From: Vicinamibacterales bacterium
GTDB taxonomy: Bacteria; Acidobacteriota; Vicinamibacteria; Vicinamibacterales; UBA8438
DNA: 64,000 bases
Assembly (NCBI GenBank): GCA_965221595.1
Contig: OZ244900.1
Span: 3,576,982-3,640,981, forward strand
Direction: 5' to 3'
Shown: positions 62,319-64,000 of the stretch, in pieces
Position numbering within the stretch: position 1 is the stretch's first letter
Layout: every line of letters begins with the position of its first letter
Notes under the pieces: generated by a model
What the model was told of the DNA's origin: nothing
Database searches by the model: none
What the model saw: the letters and a program-made list of their open reading frames with translations, nothing else
Translations under genes and position numbers: made by a program

Positions 62319-64000
62319 CTAGTCGAGAGCGCCCAAGCTGAGAAGGTTGGCGAGGAGCTGATAGGCGCCCGCGGTGCCGGCCGGGAGCTGCCGCCAGAGT
62401 CCCAGACCGACGTAGAGCCAGCGCCCGCGGCCGTGCCGCGTCTCGACCAGCGCGCCGCGTTTGACGCCCGGATTCCACTCGAACGAGTCTTCGAGCTCGA
62501 CCAGATCCACGTACGCCGGATCCTTCTCGCCCAGGAAGTACAGTCCCCGCTCCTGGACCCAGCCGCTCCACGTCCGTGCGTCCACCGGGTTCGGCCACGC
62601 GAACACCGAGTGGTCGTGCGCGAGAATGCGGACGGGCGCCGCCTCGTCCGTCACCCGGTTGCGGCTGACCACCGCCGGATGGGGCCCGTACTGTGCCCGG
62701 TTGAAGTCGAACCGGTTGTACTGCACGATGGCCGTGCCGCCGTTCGCCACGTACTCGAGCAGCCGGTCGTTGTTCGCCCGCAGGTCCGGGCGGCTCTCGT
62801 ACGCCCGCACGCCGGTCACGATCACGTCGAAGCGGCCGAGATCGCCCCAGGCCAGGTCGTCGGCATCGATGAGCTCCAGCCGGGGGCCGAGCTGCTCGAT
62901 GGCCGGCGGCACGGCATCGCCGACCCCTTCCACGTAACCCACCAGCAGATCGGGTGCAATCGACACGTCGATGAGCTTGAACATGCCGGCGGCGGGGCGG
63001 CTCATGTGCCGGCGCTCGGTGTGCGGATACTCCACCACCTGATAGCCGCGGTCGTAGCGCCGGCCGGCGTGCTCGACAACCGCCGCCACCCGGTACTCCC
63101 CGGCGGGCGCACCGGCCGGGCGCACGCTGAAGCGGACCGTGCGCGACTCGTCCTCCCGCGAGAACGGCACCTGCGCCGAGGCGGGCGTCGCCTCCCAGCC
63201 CGCGGGCAGATCCAGCCTGACGGTGCCTGCGCCGGCAGCCGGCCAGCGGTTGCTCACCGTGACGCGCACCTCACGGGCTGCGGTGCCCGTCGGCACGACC
63301 GCAATCGCGGGTGTCATCGACACGGCGAGGCGCGGCACGACGTGCAGCGCCATGCGCTTCTCGCCGATGATGACGTCGTCGGCGTAGCGGTACTCGACAG
63401 GATGTTCGACGGACAGGCGTGCGCCCGCCAGCTCGAGGTCGAACGTCGCGCGGAACGGGGTCGGGCGGAACGGCAGGCCGAACGGCACGTCCGGATCCAG
63501 TGCGTAGCGATCGGCCCCCTCCACGCGCCGCCAGTGGATGTCGGTCGTCGCGGCGTCCGCCGGAATCCCGACCCCGCGCTCGCAGGCATAGACCCCGCCG
63601 GCGCCCAACGCCCCCGCATCGCACGCGACGGCGGCCCCATCGAACCCGGTCCACCGGACGCCGCGCAGCGTCACGGCGGCAGCGCCGCGGTTGGCAGCCA
63701 GCGCGGTGACGGTGACGCTCTGGCCCGGCGTCACGACGCCGTCGTCGGCCAGCACCTCGAAGCGCACGCCGTACGCCAGCACGGCGGCTCGCTCGAGTTG
63801 GCGCTCCTTCAGCGCCAGGCGGAAGTCGATCTCCCGGCGGGCGCCCTCCGCGAGCCGCATCTCCGCGAGATCCGCACGCAGCGCACGCACTGCCTGCAGG
63901 CCGGCCACGACCGGCTCCCGTGCACCGGCCATGCCATCCGCGTGGAAGCGCTCGAGTGCCTGGCGGGCGTGCCCGGCCAGCACGGACAGGCCGGCTGTCA
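62319..64000 (-). CDS. large conserved protein, N-terminus outside the window; C-terminal ThuA/class-I-GATase-like domain (homologs often annotated PIG-L family deacetylase)
   Basis: The frame is open from 62319 to the window end; the GTG at 63983 in the ORF track is internal. The C-terminal segment is FDVIVTGVRAYESRPDL...LLEYVANGGTAIVQYN. The family call is from memory and tentative. Confidence 0.5.
   Translation of the reverse strand, partial: TAGLSVLAGHARQALERFHADGMAGAREPVVAGLQAVRALRADLAEMRLAEGARREIDFRLALKERQLERAAVLAYGVRFEVLADDGVVTPGQSVTVTALAANRGAAAVTLRGVRWTGFDGAAVACDAGALGAGGVYACERGVGIPADAATTDIHWRRVEGADRYALDPDVPFGLPFRPTPFRATFDLELAGARLSVEHPVEYRYADDVIIGEKRMALHVVPRLAVSMTPAIAVVPTGTAAREVRVTVSNRWPAAGAGTVRLDLPAGWEATPASAQVPFSREDESRTVRFSVRPAGAPAGEYRVAAVVEHAGRRYDRGYQVVEYPHTERRHMSRPAAGMFKLIDVSIAPDLLVGYVEGVGDAVPPAIEQLGPRLELIDADDLAWGDLGRFDVIVTGVRAYESRPDLRANNDRLLEYVANGGTAIVQYNRFDFNRAQYGPHPAVVSRNRVTDEAAPVRILAHDHSVFAWPNPVDARTWSGWVQERGLYFLGEKDPAYVDLVELEDSFEWNPGVKRGALVETRHGRGRWLYVGLGLWRQLPAGTAGAYQLLANLLSLGALD

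Overview
This is a 64 kb chromosomal segment from a high-GC bacterium (roughly 70% by eye). The gene content (CBM9/DUF5916-type outer-membrane proteins, many secreted beta-propellers, DUF-rich periplasmic proteins) resembles Acidobacteriota or Gemmatimonadota, but I cannot verify the lineage. I support about 60 protein-coding genes and found no rRNA, tRNA, CRISPR array, transposase or integrase. Housekeeping blocks include a hisIGDBHFA operon, proC, tkt, an isocitrate dehydrogenase, msrA/msrP, bfd/bfr, two PQQ dehydrogenases (one paired with a di-heme cytochrome c), and nhaC. Many long ORFs in the six-frame track are antisense or out-of-frame shadows typical of high-GC DNA, and I rejected them.

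Main second-look items:
1. Two genes are split or truncated in the ORF track because an in-frame TGA sits exactly at the redox-Cys position. One is SelW/Rdx-like with a CxxU motif; the other is OsmC-like. Each has a hairpin 15-18 nt downstream, so both are probable selenoproteins.
2. An operon encodes a porin, an FMN-binding protein, a His-rich 4-TM protein and ApbE. Its promoter is bracketed by two TGAGAT-N4-TCTCA palindromes. The same motif overlaps the bfd promoter, which suggests an iron regulon. A candidate ~100-nt antisense sRNA with its own promoter and intrinsic terminator lies opposite the operon leader.
3. A His-rich 22-codon leader ORF plus an intrinsic terminator sits upstream of hisI.
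4. A ~165-bp intergenic repeat family has four copies in the window, two of them flanking a BON-domain gene.
5. A lower-GC mosaic island (49.3-53.9 kb) contains orphan genes, an A9 frameshift site, duplicated promoter/small-TM-ORF cassettes and decayed paralog fragments.
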